From positions 2,852,001 through 2,916,000 of the forward strand of contig NC_134028.1 in assembly GCF_964204645.1 (NCBI RefSeq): a stretch of DNA of 64,000 nt. Direction: 5' to 3'. This document shows positions 26,648 to 39,379 of this stretch, piece after piece; position 1 is the stretch's first letter; the number at the start of each line of letters is the position of its first letter. Origin of the DNA: Tubulanus polymorphus. Its lineage: Eukaryota; Animalia; Nemertea. The translations under genes and the position numbers were made by a program. Below the pieces are notes generated by a model. That model was not told where the DNA came from. It did no database searches and saw only the letters and a program-made list of their open reading frames with translations.

Positions 26648-27163
26648 GCAGTGCAAGGCCATCGATCAGGGCTCACTCTAAGAGGGCGCAGTGCGAGGTT
26701 ATCGATCAGGGCTCACTCTAAGAGGGCGCTGTGCGAGGCCATCGATCAGGGCTCACTCTAAGAGGGCGCAGTGTGAGGCAATCGATCAGGGCTCACTCTA
26801 AGAGGGCGCTGTGCGAGGCCATCGATCAGGGCTCACTCTAAGAGGGCGCAGTGCGAGGCCATCGATCAGGGCTCACTCTAAGAGGGCGCTGTGCGAGGCC
26901 ATCGATCAGGGCTCACTCTAAGAGGGCGCAGTGCGAGGTCATCGATCAGGGCTCACTCTTAGAGGGCGCAGTGCGAGGCCATCGATCAGGGCTCACTCTT
27001 AGAGGGCGCAGTGCGAGGCCATCGATCAGGGCTCACTCTAAGAGGGCGCAGTGCGCGGCCATCGATCAGGGCTCACTCTAAGAGGGCGCAGTGCGAGGCG
27101 CAGTGCGAGTGCAGTGCAAGGCCATCGATCAGGGCTCACTCTAAGAGGGCGCTGTGCGAGGCA
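26648..27163. repeat. 40-bp minisatellite, about 12 full units
   Basis: Unit GCAGTGCGAGGCCATCGATCAGGGCTCACTCTAAGAGGGC, head to tail, no spacers; interrupted at 27088-27110. Confidence 0.97.
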
Positions 27164-30100
27164 ATTTGCTGTAATACTTATGACGATAGTGTATTTACAT
27201 GTTAAGATAATATCTCTTCTATCGCAGTTCAGAACTAAAACTATCTACTATTGCACTAATCTATCTCTCCCAGCTGATGAAATTCATTCAAAAATTCAAT
27301 ATCATTTTCATCATCATCGATCACAAGGCGTCAGTACATATGTACAGCATGTACAGCTCTGTCCAGGTTCCTCTAAACGTCAATTCTTGTTATCATCATT
27401 AAGCATCGTATAAAATTAAATCTCGATGTTGAAAATAACAGAATCTGCGGGCGCAGTGATTGTTTTTCGGTCGCCGAACCTGCTTGTGTACCAGGTGGAA
27501 ATAGCGATCTATATGGGGGCGAGCTGAAGGAAAAACAAGCGAACCGTTCGTTGTAGCAATGGTTTTCCACTTCTTTATCGAGCATCTGCTGCTTTCAAAA
27601 CAAATCACAAAACACTAGACATAAATCATTCGTTTTCTTCCTTCCGCGTCTATTAAGACGTAAACTGGTTTTTCACCGCAATGAACATTAATATCGTTAT
27701 CATTATGCAATGATGTTATTGTTGTTAATTAAATAAGTATCTAAACGACCGCTTCTCGAAACCTCACAGATTACCAGTTCGTCCTCAACATTTTTCCCCT
27801 CCTGTTTTATTTTTCAGGCTGGCGACAAGAGATAAAAGTTCAGGATATGTTGAAAACAAGCGAGCTCGTTATAGACACAACAACAGGAGGAAATGAATAG
27901 ACATTAGACAGTCAAGTGAAGGATAGCGATCATTCAAGTGAATAACAAGTCAGCTAAACAACCAGGGCTTCAACCAGGGACTCATTCAACTATAGTCACG
28001 AGTCGCGGTCTATTTCATACTCTCTATTACGTCACACACACATATATCATTGAACGCTACGCTCCTCATCGGTCATTCACATTAGGCTCATTTCTTCAGT
28101 ACATCTGCACTCTCTCAACGCTCAGATCTGCTCGGGCGGATCCAGGATGCCAACCTCCAGTAATCCCTTTAACTGGAGTTAACTTTGCATTATGAAAAAT
28201 AATAAAGGCCTCGGTAAAAAAGGGGAGCCCACGACCCTCACACCCCTACAAATAAGAGATTCTGATATATTTCAAGGTCGTGCGGATGTAAAACGATAAA
28301 AGCAGATTTGTATGGAATGGAGCGTCTAGATTGATCTGAACCTCACCGATAGTTGCTTGATTTGGTTGACCATTCTCAGTCAATGAGATGGGTGAGAATT
28401 GAGTACTAACACTCACCAGAGAACCAGAGACCGAGCCATTCGACCAGAGCCTCGGAGTGAACTCGCTATAGGCTCACATTTAGCGGAGAGCGATGCTTCA
28501 ATCGCATTCATCAGTGCCTCAATCACACTCAAGCCAGCAGGCACTACCTATCTACATCTCTCACTCTCCCATCCTTCTATTATCACTGAGAAAAATTCTT
28601 ACATAGGCAAAACAAGTATAAAATGTTTGTCAGTAGTCCATATACTCGTGGGTTTGTTCAATAAACAAGTTTCCTCTCTAATGTTCTCCATTATCGTATG
28701 GAGGAAGGCAGTTATAGGTATGTAGAATGTGGGCACAGACATTTACCTACTTGAAAAGGTAGACAGCGAAAAACACTATCTAATCTACACTCGGAAGATA
28801 CATCTTCACAACATTTAAGACCCAATTTTCAGAAATCTCAGAAGTAGGTTTCATAAGTTTCAGCGATAAGCCGCGGTAAAACCTCAATTCCACAGTCAAA
28901 CCGAATGATTTCAATCATTGACAAATCCTAAAATTCTTCCCAAAACTCTTTAAAATAGAGAAGTGAAGAAATAATGACGAACCTTCTTTAAAATCTTAAA
29001 AATAAAATAGAACTGCGAAAAATCATCTTTTCTCGAAAAAGAAATTTGAAATATTTCTTTCAAATCATATTCACCCAGGTAGGTTTTGTCTAAATAAACT
29101 TCTTTAACGACTGCGAAGGAATCTTTTTTCAAAGTCTGTGGATGTATTTTTCTAGCCGGGTGCAAACTGCGTGTTATCGGTATGGCCTGAATCACAAATA
29201 TGCCGCTCATACTGATTTTAGTTGATTTCTAGCAGGCATGCACCCTAGATTTATAGATGCAATAGACTTTATACAGACGCTATACGTATCTGCTGCTTTC
29301 TACCGACAAGATCGGTATGGGCCGATTTGGAATGATGCAGCTGCCTGATTTTCTTCAAACCTTTTTGCAACTCTCGTAGGTTCTCCAGCACCACCACCAG
29401 CACACATTCAATAACAAACTTCATCAGCTCCGTCAAGAGCACGTGTGAAAAAATTGTGTTCGTCTGCTCCGTGAAAAGATGAGTAGAGCGAAAAACGACG
29501 ACTTTGTTTTCATATTTCGGAAATTACGAAAAGGAAAAACGCAACCGGCACCAACAGAAATAATAATCAAGACGAGTTGATTAGCCGGCTAAATTCATCT
29601 CTCATACCTAATCCGCTGTATAACTCAAACCTGGACAAACTCAAGAATCAAGTTTATTTTGGGTTACTTTCTAGGAATTAATGCCGCTGTAGCCTGAAAC
29701 CAAACATTTCAATCATTTTTTTCGTAAGTCAATAATTGTCAACAGTCGTAATGAGCAGCAAATGAATCAGGGATCATTACCAACGTGAAGATAAGCTTTC
29801 TTATCAAAAACATTGGAGAATCATTTCCAATTTCATAAGAAGGCATTCAATCAATTTCAGGGGATGTTCCTGGACAGACTTCTTTTAAAATTACTTGAAG
29901 CACAGATTTTTTCGAGAAAAAGATAAAAGGACTAAGGAATGAATTTTTTTTTTTTTGGCGAAAATCAATGATGACAACATGAAGGAGGACTAAAAAAAAT
30001 ATGTTTTTTGCAGAATTCCTCGTCTTAGTTATCAAGAAGAAAATGCCTCGAGACCAGTCGATCATTTCGATTTTCTTGGTGATTATAAATTCTATTCCGC

Positions 30101-32199
30101 AGACTATGATTGAAATATAAAGTATAAGCACGAGACAACGTCGCATCAAAAACTTGTTATGTTTTCGATTAAAAGCTATTAAAATTCATAGAACACGCGA
30201 CGCCGTGAATACAGAAATAATCCGTATCGGGATTCGAATCATCTTCTCGTTTAAAATCCCTTTCAAAAGCCGCTGAAAGCCGTCGCGCTGCTCGAGATTA
30301 ACCCATCAGCGCGAAGCGAAATTTTAAAACGAATACAAGCCAATTTAAGACGTTCTCGACGGCAACAGGAAGTCGCGGCGACGTTCGAATCAAAAAGCTC
30401 GGATTAACGAAAGTCGCCGGGATCGTGTTCGTTGAATAGCTCGTCCGGAGTGGCAAATATTAGACATAAATGAAGAACATCGTCGCCGTGTTACTCTTCA
30501 TTATCAAGTGACCCGCGCGAGAAACTGTCGCCGAGATATCTGTCACACGTCGTCGGCGGAAAACCCGACGGGGGTCACTCGAAATTGCGTTAATCCATGT
30601 AACGAACTCATCCAAAAAAACATCGGTCACGTATCGTAAAGCGAAGCCCCCTCCCGACGGGTGACGGGGACAAAGCCGCGAGATAATCGCGACGTGTGCG
30701 CGTTCGGTCTCAATCAATCGACTTGACACGAACCATCGGCTCAAGATGTATTCGGAAATTAACTGCGGAGTCAGGAGTCAAAAGTCAGGAGTCAGAAATG
30801 AACTGTTAAATCACTCTAATAGAAACTGTCAGAATAAATTGTTAAATCGTCAACTCTGTTGGTTTTGCTTGACAAAAGTTTCTCTAGTATTGACGAAACA
30901 AAACTCATGATAAACCGTTTCTGTGGGGACCATAAATTACTTTCAAACATCTTCATCATATCTAACAATTATTATCAAAGACAAAAAAACATTTTGTTCG
31001 AATTAAGCAAAGTTTATGTTTACTATTGCTTTTCGTGATAATATTGATGGAGTATGTTTAGGTAAAACTTGATTTATGATTTTCACAGACCAGGCTGCCT
31101 TACATCTTCTAGTTGCAGTAGTTTTCAATTAATATAAAACTTGAAATGAATGAATTAGAAATCATTCTTATTTTGAAAATGTTTCGATAATTTTGGGAGA
31201 AGAGCTCATAGAAAGAGTAGAAACTTCTCTGAAATAGTGGTAGTTGTAATAGTTTCAACTAGTAGTAAATACATATATCTATATATCATGATACGGTATT
31301 CAGGACAATAAATGATGTAAAATTGTCTGGAATGAGACCCACTCACTCACACCACAAACATGTGCCGCCTCTAACTATTAAATACATATGGAATCTAGTT
31401 GTAACCGTAGAGGTAATTACAGGCTACAACCGTAAAATACGTTTAAAAAAAATCCAGATGAAGAAACAAAGTTCGTATTGATACAAGTTCAACGCATTAA
31501 CTGATTTCCATAATGTGAAATGAATTGCACCTGATGATTGTATAATATCGGCATCTTGTCGTTTATCAGAGTCCGGTGATATGTGATACTTCCGCTACTA
31601 CAGAATACTACATCCAATACCTCGAATCAGAATTCATAAATTTAGACCGAGCCGCTAAAATTCAGCTTAAAAAACTCTTCATCCCATACAAGCCTTTCAT
31701 ATATCACATGTGGCAATTACAATCTATAACCCTATTCATCGAATTTTTTTTCTTCAAAATCATATTTCACGAGTCGAACTCCTTAGAACAGAAGACACGC
31801 AGCGCACCTTGAAGAAGTCATTAGAAAGCTTTTGCGGACAATAAACCGTGGTGGATGCGTTTAAGCCCTATTGTTTACGGATGTTACCTCCGCCAACGGA
31901 CAGCTTAAGAAAGCATACATGCACCGGCTTATCGGGTGCACGTGCTCGGTTTTTTAAGAAAGTCATTGTTACCGGTGGCATTGTCGCCATGTTAACAAAC
32001 ACCGTTAAGAACACATCGGTTGTGATGAACCACGTAATAGCTTCTAAAAAGGACAACCACGACAAAAGATCGCACAGGACGACAATGTTCATTTCGCGGC
32101 CCCCCTTAGGACGCACAGTTATTGTCCGAGAAGCTTGTTTGATATTTTAACGAAGTTGTTTCACCCTTTGCCCCTTCATTCGCGCAAATCCCAACCTTT

Positions 32200-32428
32200 A
32201 AGCCGGGATCAAACCGGATTCAAATTTGGCCCGTGTCTAATTAGAGAACGCTTTCATACGTAAACCACTCACTCGATATTAAACAATGCTGTGGCAAGTG
32301 AGGCGAGTCACTACTAGAACCAGTAAGCATTTACACGCCATAATCTGACCCGTGCTAAAATTTGGCACAGGCCTGGTATGGCGCGCTAAATTTGGTCCAG
32401 GTCAAAACTGCTCGTGTGATCTCAGCTT
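32200..32428. mobile_element. Dispersed MITE family, with related copies at about 52692-53000, 54955-55170 (reverse) and 44480-44695 (reverse)
   Basis: Shared blocks caaattt(g)gcccgtg-ctaattag, gtggcaagtgagg-gagt and tgacccgtgctaaaatttggc; imperfect AGCCG-GATCA/TGATC-CAGCT ends. Confidence 0.75.
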
Positions 32429-34594
32429 ATGTAAATCAAACTACAGCACCTAGCTCCCCGCTATGGTCAATGCCCTCTTGTAACTTAAAAAGAACATTCA
32501 GGATATTCTTTTTAAGACAATTCATGTTTTATTATCATATACCGTCATTCATGGCCTTCATCATAGTTTCAGCGCGGTGCCGTACAATATCCTGTTTCAT
32601 CGCTTACAACATTTCTTTCATTGTTATTTCTCACGTGAGTTTCATAGTTAATATTTTTCGAGTGAAGCAAAACATGGGGTGAAAAGTGAGAAAAACCGAC
32701 ACCGCGGAACTCGGTACGGGTGGTATTTTTGCTAATCAGCGCGGCCTACAACAACCTGTATGTTGTAATATTTGTTAAACAGAACAAAAATGTCGATAGA
32801 TAGACAACTCCCGCTAGAATAAAGGTTAAACCGATCACTAGAGAACAATTATGGATTTTTCGCATCGGATACTTAGCCGCAAATTCAACCGTAGATGCTT
32901 CGACTTATTCCACCAGGAAAACGGATTACTGCATTTCAGTACACATTATGAAATGGGCACTTTATTATTTTTCAGGAAAATTTGTTCAAATATTGAACCA
33001 GCCCGCAACAAGGTGGTCATAACCTTATCCTAGCATATATAATTTCTTACGGAAGATTACTACGATGACATTATTGCATTGAAGTTTCAGATTGTCTGCC
33101 AAAAACAACTTACTTATTGTGTCTAAACAAACATTTATGATGGGAGAAAATCCAAGTGCATCGAAGAAAACTGATCGACAACACGAGCAGATGTTCACAG
33201 ATTAAGAATCATCAGGTAGAAGCAACAGATCCTCATTAAAAACACATCGAAATAGATATAAGTACATTACATATACGCAGGTAGATAACACTACGTAATA
33301 AACAACATTTCAGACAGACGAGAGAGAGTCTGTAACCGTTAAAAATTGAAATAATTTTGACTTTAAAATCAAAATTGAACTAACTTCAACTGCGGAGTCC
33401 AATTAAGCACAAACAGTGGAAGTTTTCTGAACTAGACTCACTCATGATGCGGTGACACGCTCAAAATAGCGTTGAAATATTTCATCTTGATAATTTGATT
33501 GGCATGAGTTTTAAGGGTGATATATGCCACGAGCTTTTATGACATCTTCCCTGCTGCTTTACTGTAACAATATGTATCTGTACCTATTGACCTCTTAATC
33601 TCCAAAAATTCATACATGTATACCGGTATTCATACAACTTGTTTTGAGATTCAGTCAAGAAATGAAGTTTATAGAAATGGTAATAATAACAATAATTTGA
33701 AAATGACTTCCAAGTTTAATACGATGAAGTCAAGTTTCTCTAACCATTGAAAATAACACTTTCCACGATGTAGAGGAAATGTCTTACACGTTCATTCAAT
33801 GCCACTTTTCTCTTCACTTCCTAAATTCTAGTGCGGAGGTTAACAACCAATTGAATGCGTACATCGCAAATGCATTAAAACCCACGTATATCAACAGATG
33901 CTAAACATTTTTTAAATGAAATATTCCGAATCATAAACGCGTATTTCAACATATCTTATTTCCATCTAAAATACAACTCGTATGCGACCCATCTATGAAA
34001 ACATCTTTACGAAAATGAAAATATTGAAGAACGATTTTCAAATCAGGGATTGCTATCCAGAAATGAGATTATCATATATAACAATAGCCTAGAAATACAA
34101 TGCAATATAATACAATATAATACAATGCCTTGATGTTTAAAATTTTTTCAATTCAGTCTGCAGAATTATTAGAAAAAAAACAAAACAAAACACTTCTTTT
34201 AGAAATCTTCTGATAAATATTTATTCATTCAGCAGTTAACAGCAGACGTGAGTTGTCAAACATTTCATATAGGCCTACACCAATGGAAACACGTACTCTT
34301 AGAGTAGAAAAAACTAAACATTTGAAAGCCAGGTCAATGACCAAATGAAAAAAGGTAAACTTCCATTACCCTCGCCTCCTTCAGTGCGTTTTCTGAAACT
34401 GATATGAGAAGTACCAGTAAACTGACAATAAGAGCGCCACACTGAAATTGATCCATGAACAGATAAACGGCGCGGCTTGTAATTTTGGCAGTACACCTGT
34501 ATCCCGAGGGTATTAGATATTTGTCAACGAAATAAAAAATTGAAACGTAACTATCCCGACCGGATACAAGAAATCTCTCTGGTTTCACCTCCAG

Positions 34595-34722
34595 GGCCCA
34601 GTTTCACGAAAAAGTTTAAGCCTAAAACGGTTAAGTTTGAATTGTTGTCCTCATTGAAAACATGAAGTAACCAATGGAAATTACACCAAAAATTTGAGTT
34701 AACTTTTTTGTGAAACTGGGCC
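34595..34722. mobile_element. 128-bp PIF/Harbinger-like MITE (second copy)
   Basis: TIR GGCCCAGTTTCAC...GTGAAACTGGGCC, CAG/CAG flanks, interior is the near reverse complement of 5445-5572. Confidence 0.88.
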
Positions 34723-37469
34723 CAGAAGGTGTTTAATTCAATTTTTCCTGTGTTTTCGCGATACCGATAATGGAGGATCTGATATTCAGGGAACATACGA
34801 ATACTAGCCTTGAAACGATCACAATTTTCTAATGTTAAAGACTTCGAAAAAAGCGCGCCATTCGCACCATTGAGGCGCGCATATACGTAAACAATACAAC
34901 AACATAGAGCAGGTTGAGTAGGTGTATGCTGTTTTCTCACACAGGGGGTAAGCGTGTTGTTTAGGGCACTACTGACACGGTAAGATCGTTACCTACGCTT
35001 CACCGATCACAGATATTATCAAAACACATGTATACAGTTACGAACAATGTTACCAAACAATACATCGAACGCTCTTAAGTAAAGCCCTTTGAAACTAAGA
35101 GCCGCGCGATCGGTATCTGCCGAAACGATCTCAGAGTACTGATTAAAACGATAGATGGCAGCAAGGTGAAATAGTTTCAAGACAGAGAGAATGAAGCGAA
35201 GATTGAGTTGATAGTAGACCCGAGGGGGGGGGGGGGTTTATCACTGTCTTATCGTATCCCAAACTACTGACAGACTTCATAATTTTTCATACCATTCAGC
35301 GAAACCTTCCGGGGTTTAAATGAGTTGATTGCCGATTAAATCTATAGAGTTATGGAACTGATTCTGAGAGAGGTTCAACGCTCTGTAACCAAAGGTTACG
35401 GTACACTATGGACTCACGGCTTTTGGATATCAACAGGCAACACTTGCAACCATCACACGTTACCGCAGAAGTTATTGAAGATATATATGAAAAATTACGG
35501 AAGAGACGATGATTGTACAACTCCGGCATAACATGATTGTGTTTATGCAAACATGAATTGTCAGGTTTGTGAAGAATTTACCTGCATGGCTGCATGTTTA
35601 CATAAGAGATAAACATGTTTTCATTAGTAGCAATAACCAAATTCTGATTATATACTATATATATATTTCCAGCATGGAGTGGACTTAACATTTAATCAGA
35701 CATATACCCACTACCACATTCATTCTAAGTAGCCTAGCCCTAGATACTTTACTCTCATTACTTGCCATTGGGGCAGATCAGACTCTGCACATAGTTCCCA
35801 GTTTGATGAATTCAAAATTCCATATTATTTCATGGTAGAGCTTTTAATTTTCCGAATTGGAAATGGGGCCTTTGTAAAAGTGAATTCACACCATCAGTGA
35901 CTGGTTGATAAAGGTGATTTTCAAGAAATATTGCTGAAGAAATTTGCCCTTGCGATTAACATCCCAGAAGTATGCTACGTGAAGCGTAAACTGATTTTCT
36001 CAAATATTTCCCAGATCATCGGAAAATCTATCAAATTCCCAAATATTTAAAATTCTCAAGTTTTTCTAATTTTGCCAGTACTGTAAAAACCATTTCATGA
36101 AAGTCACAAGGAACAGTGACCACGCTCAACATGGTTCATGACATTCATGATTCATTTGTTTCATACATTTTTTTATCTTAATCTATTTCAAATGATAAAG
36201 ATGTCAATCAATCAAGACTGATATCTGTGACCAAATTGATGAAAAATCTGTATGCAATCAATTTCCATATTGCAGACCGTCTAGAAATTGCAAAAAAAAC
36301 CTGCGACCAGAAGGAAGCTATATTAATCTAGGTTACATCTTGACATCTACAAAATCTATTCACTAGATGGCAGCATCATCTAGGATAGAATTTAAACCTC
36401 AGTGTGTCATCATTCTCGCCAGTTACCAGTTCATTATTCAGCACATCGAAATACATGTATTCGCAAAATGCTCGCCGTCAAAAGTCCCAAAATTTGCGAC
36501 ATCAATTAGGGAATCATGAAATAAAATAACGTGGTTTCAAGTTTATTATCGATAAAATCACTCACCTTTATTTCACTTCTTTCCTTAGGCGCTATATCAA
36601 CAAACTTAATAGAATCAGAATATAAACATCAGGATACCAGGTCCCTAGAAAATAACACATATTTCATTAATAATATCATTTCAGCGTAGGCCTGTCCTAA
36701 GGCTTCTCAGTTTCACTTTTGGTTAAAAATCAAGAAAGGAAGTTTTTGACTTAAAAACAGTCATAGGTGTACCTATAGTTATCCTGGTATACGGCAAATA
36801 TGACAATGACACTGATAAAAGACCAATGATTTATCATAATGATTGATAATTATCTTCCTGGAACATGATTTCATAGCAAAACTTCGAACTTGGTCTAGCC
36901 AAAGAACGTACAATAGGCGACGGCGCTAATTTGTACATAACTGTGCAGGATGAAGGGATTTTGAAGTGCATCTTCCATTTTAAAAGTGGCGTAAATGTAT
37001 ACTAAATGGACTGGATGTTCAATACCAGGAATAGCCTACAGTATCAGTACCGTCACTGTCTAAGATTAAGAAGCCCAGTCAGGATCCTCTGCCTGGCAAT
37101 TCAGTTCAGAATTTAATAGGGCATGGCGTTTTTTATCAGGAACAAATTGACACACTTTTCTTTAACTTCTTCTTTTGTAGCATCCCTGAGACACTGTCAA
37201 ATCATCATTTGTCAGAAAATTGGACTTATAAGTTGAATAGCTCTAGAGAATTGATAGACATTTAGTTGCAAATTGTTTTCCTTTTTTACCGCAGAATTAC
37301 GTTTTGTTGCAGAATATCAGTTAAATCAAGGGGGACCTAGCTATACTGGCAAACGGTTTCTATGACGCTGAAATGAAAGAGGCCATTCGTTGGCAGCAGG
37401 AACTTACAGACAAATAAATACTCCCATATATATATATTAGAGAAATGGAGCAATTTGGCAGCCATTACA

Positions 37470-37816
37470 CCATTGACTGACGTCATCGTCTATCGAGAAA
37501 CAACCGGGAAATCCGGAAATGAACGATACATTTTACCATGACAAAATCACAATAGGGATCTCAATTAGGTCTTCCTTTATTTCTTTTCAGTATTTCTAGC
37601 TATCAAAAACTATCATCAAATTTATCTCCGGTGATGATGAAGGTTTATTTTGGTAAATTCGGAAACACCCTTTCGTAGCTCACTAATCGTAACCGTGAGT
37701 AATCCTCAAGGTCACGGCGCGAACCCGAAAATAAAATAAAAGTGTCCGAAAATTACATTCAAAAATTGACCCGGAAACCTCCCTATTTTCGCCGTGTCAC
37801 GCTTAAAGAGGTAATG
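37470..37816 (+). promoter_or_regulatory. Probable POLR3H promoter and non-coding first exon
   Basis: TGACGTCA (about 37478), several CCGGAA ETS-like cores, candidate donor GAG|GTAATG at 37811, and an acceptor at 38203-38204 six nt before the ATG. Confidence 0.5.
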
Positions 37817-38210
37817 CAAATCATAAGACACGTAGAATTTCAAATACAATGATTTTTGTCGATCAATATATTTGTCGTAATCATAGAAAGTGACTAATCG
37901 AGAGTTATTCTTGAGTACTATTTATCGACGGAAACCGTTGGCACACGGACAGAACAGTCGTACGTGTAAGGAATTAATGCCAGTACCGGTATATTGTAAT
38001 GCAGTTGATACCAAGTTTTCATTATGTGCAGATTACTACAAGGGTTAGGCTTTAAATGCAATTGGGTTGTATTTAGGGTACTTTATGTAAATATCCGATT
38101 ATTAAACTTCAAATTCAAATTATGTTATTATTATTAAAGACTTAAACCACTAATATACCTTGGAATCGAACTGCAGTACCATCTTTTTGTATATTGTATT
38201 TTAGGAGAAA

Positions 38211-39379
38211 ATGTTTGTGTTGGCAGAAATGAAAGACACTGTGCGCATAGCACCCTGGCTCTTCAAAATAGGGTTATTAGATGCAATAAAAGAAGCACTT
38301 AATAAGAAATTTGCGAACAAGGTGACAGAAGCGAAATTTGAAATATATTATAGGCACCTACTTTTGTTAATAAACATGTAAATTATGAAATCTCCCCTTG
38401 CAGGTCGTTCATAATGTTGGTTTGTGCATTGCCCTGTGGGACGTAACATATGTAGATGATAGTTATATTTTTCCCGGGGACGGATCGTCTCATACTGTAG
38501 GTACGGTAAAACCATTCAACACCTGCTTATTGTAGAACTGGCTACTCGTCCTTTTCACTTCCTGAAGATAAAACCATTTCATTTCAGTTCATTTTCGCTA
38601 TGTTGTATTCCGTCCGTTCATGGATGAAATTCTAATCGGTAAAATCAAAGGCTGTAGTAAAGAAGGAGTTCATGGTAAAGAATTCTAATTCATGGCTTTC
38701 GAATCTAATAATCAACGTTATTGACTGATTTATTTATTTCATTATTTGTATATTTTTATTTTCAGTGTCACTCGGGTTTTTCGACGATATTCTTATCTCC
38801 TCTGATGCTCTTCAACATCCTTCCAGATTGTATCCTTTTACTGCAGCTATTGTTAATGCTGTCAATATTTAGTAGAATTGATTTAATTTCCTTAATGAAA
38901 TAATCAATTAGCGATGAAAATGAACAACTGTGGGTTTGGGAATATGAAACAGAGGATGGAAAACATGACTTGTTTATGGATGTTGGAGAAGAACTAAGGT
39001 ACACCAGTGGATGACTTCATTCACCGTGCAGTCCTCTGCAAAGATACCTTTCGGAACCATAAGTTTGTTAATAATATATGTATGATATTTGGTACATGTA
39101 TGAATGATAAATTTGTATATTTTAGATTTCGAGTAGTAGATGAGATGTTTGTTGATATCACGCCAACCGGTCCAGAAGGTTCAACTGAGGCTGAATCCTA
39201 CGACTCTGAAATGAAAAAGCCTCCGTATTCAATAGTAGTAAGTACCTAACACATGAGTTGTTTGCTTACAGAAAGCAATATCTGTAACATCATCATATGA
39301 GTTGATATACCAAATATTCTGTTTACAGGGTTCTATTAGTGATCCTGGTTTAGGATTGCTATCATGGTGGAACAGCTGA
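38211..39379 (+). CDS. POLR3H: RNA polymerase III subunit RPC8 (RPC25), 202 aa
   Basis: Exons 38211-38321, 38404-38500, 38588-38674, 38766-38829, 38912-38998, 39126-39237, 39329-39379 total 609 nt in frame: [16 protein letters not shown]...[16 protein letters not shown]...FPGDGSSH...[12 protein letters not shown]...SLGFFDDI...WVWEYETE...[10 protein letters not shown]...[16 protein letters not shown], matching the RPC8 family throughout. Confidence 0.97.
38830..38911 (+). other. U12-type (minor spliceosome) GT-AG intron in POLR3H
   Basis: 5' end GTATCCTTTT; branch box TTTCCTTAAT at 38887-38896; no polypyrimidine tract before the AG; removal restores ...HPSRF-DENEQLW... Confidence 0.93.

Noticed and set aside
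26648-27413. Regular 40-bp repeats as a CRISPR array; ORFs running through them
   Set aside because: Units are contiguous with no unique spacers, there are no cas genes and the context is eukaryotic; the ORFs are repeat translations
34551-34940. 129-aa ORF (also 25147-25533)
   Set aside because: Runs through MITE sequence; no coding features
35660-37420. CpG-poor stretch with protein-like fragments and several plausible splice sites (possible decayed gene or lncRNA)
   Set aside because: Could not assemble a consistent frame or recognise a family; needs BLASTx and RNA-seq
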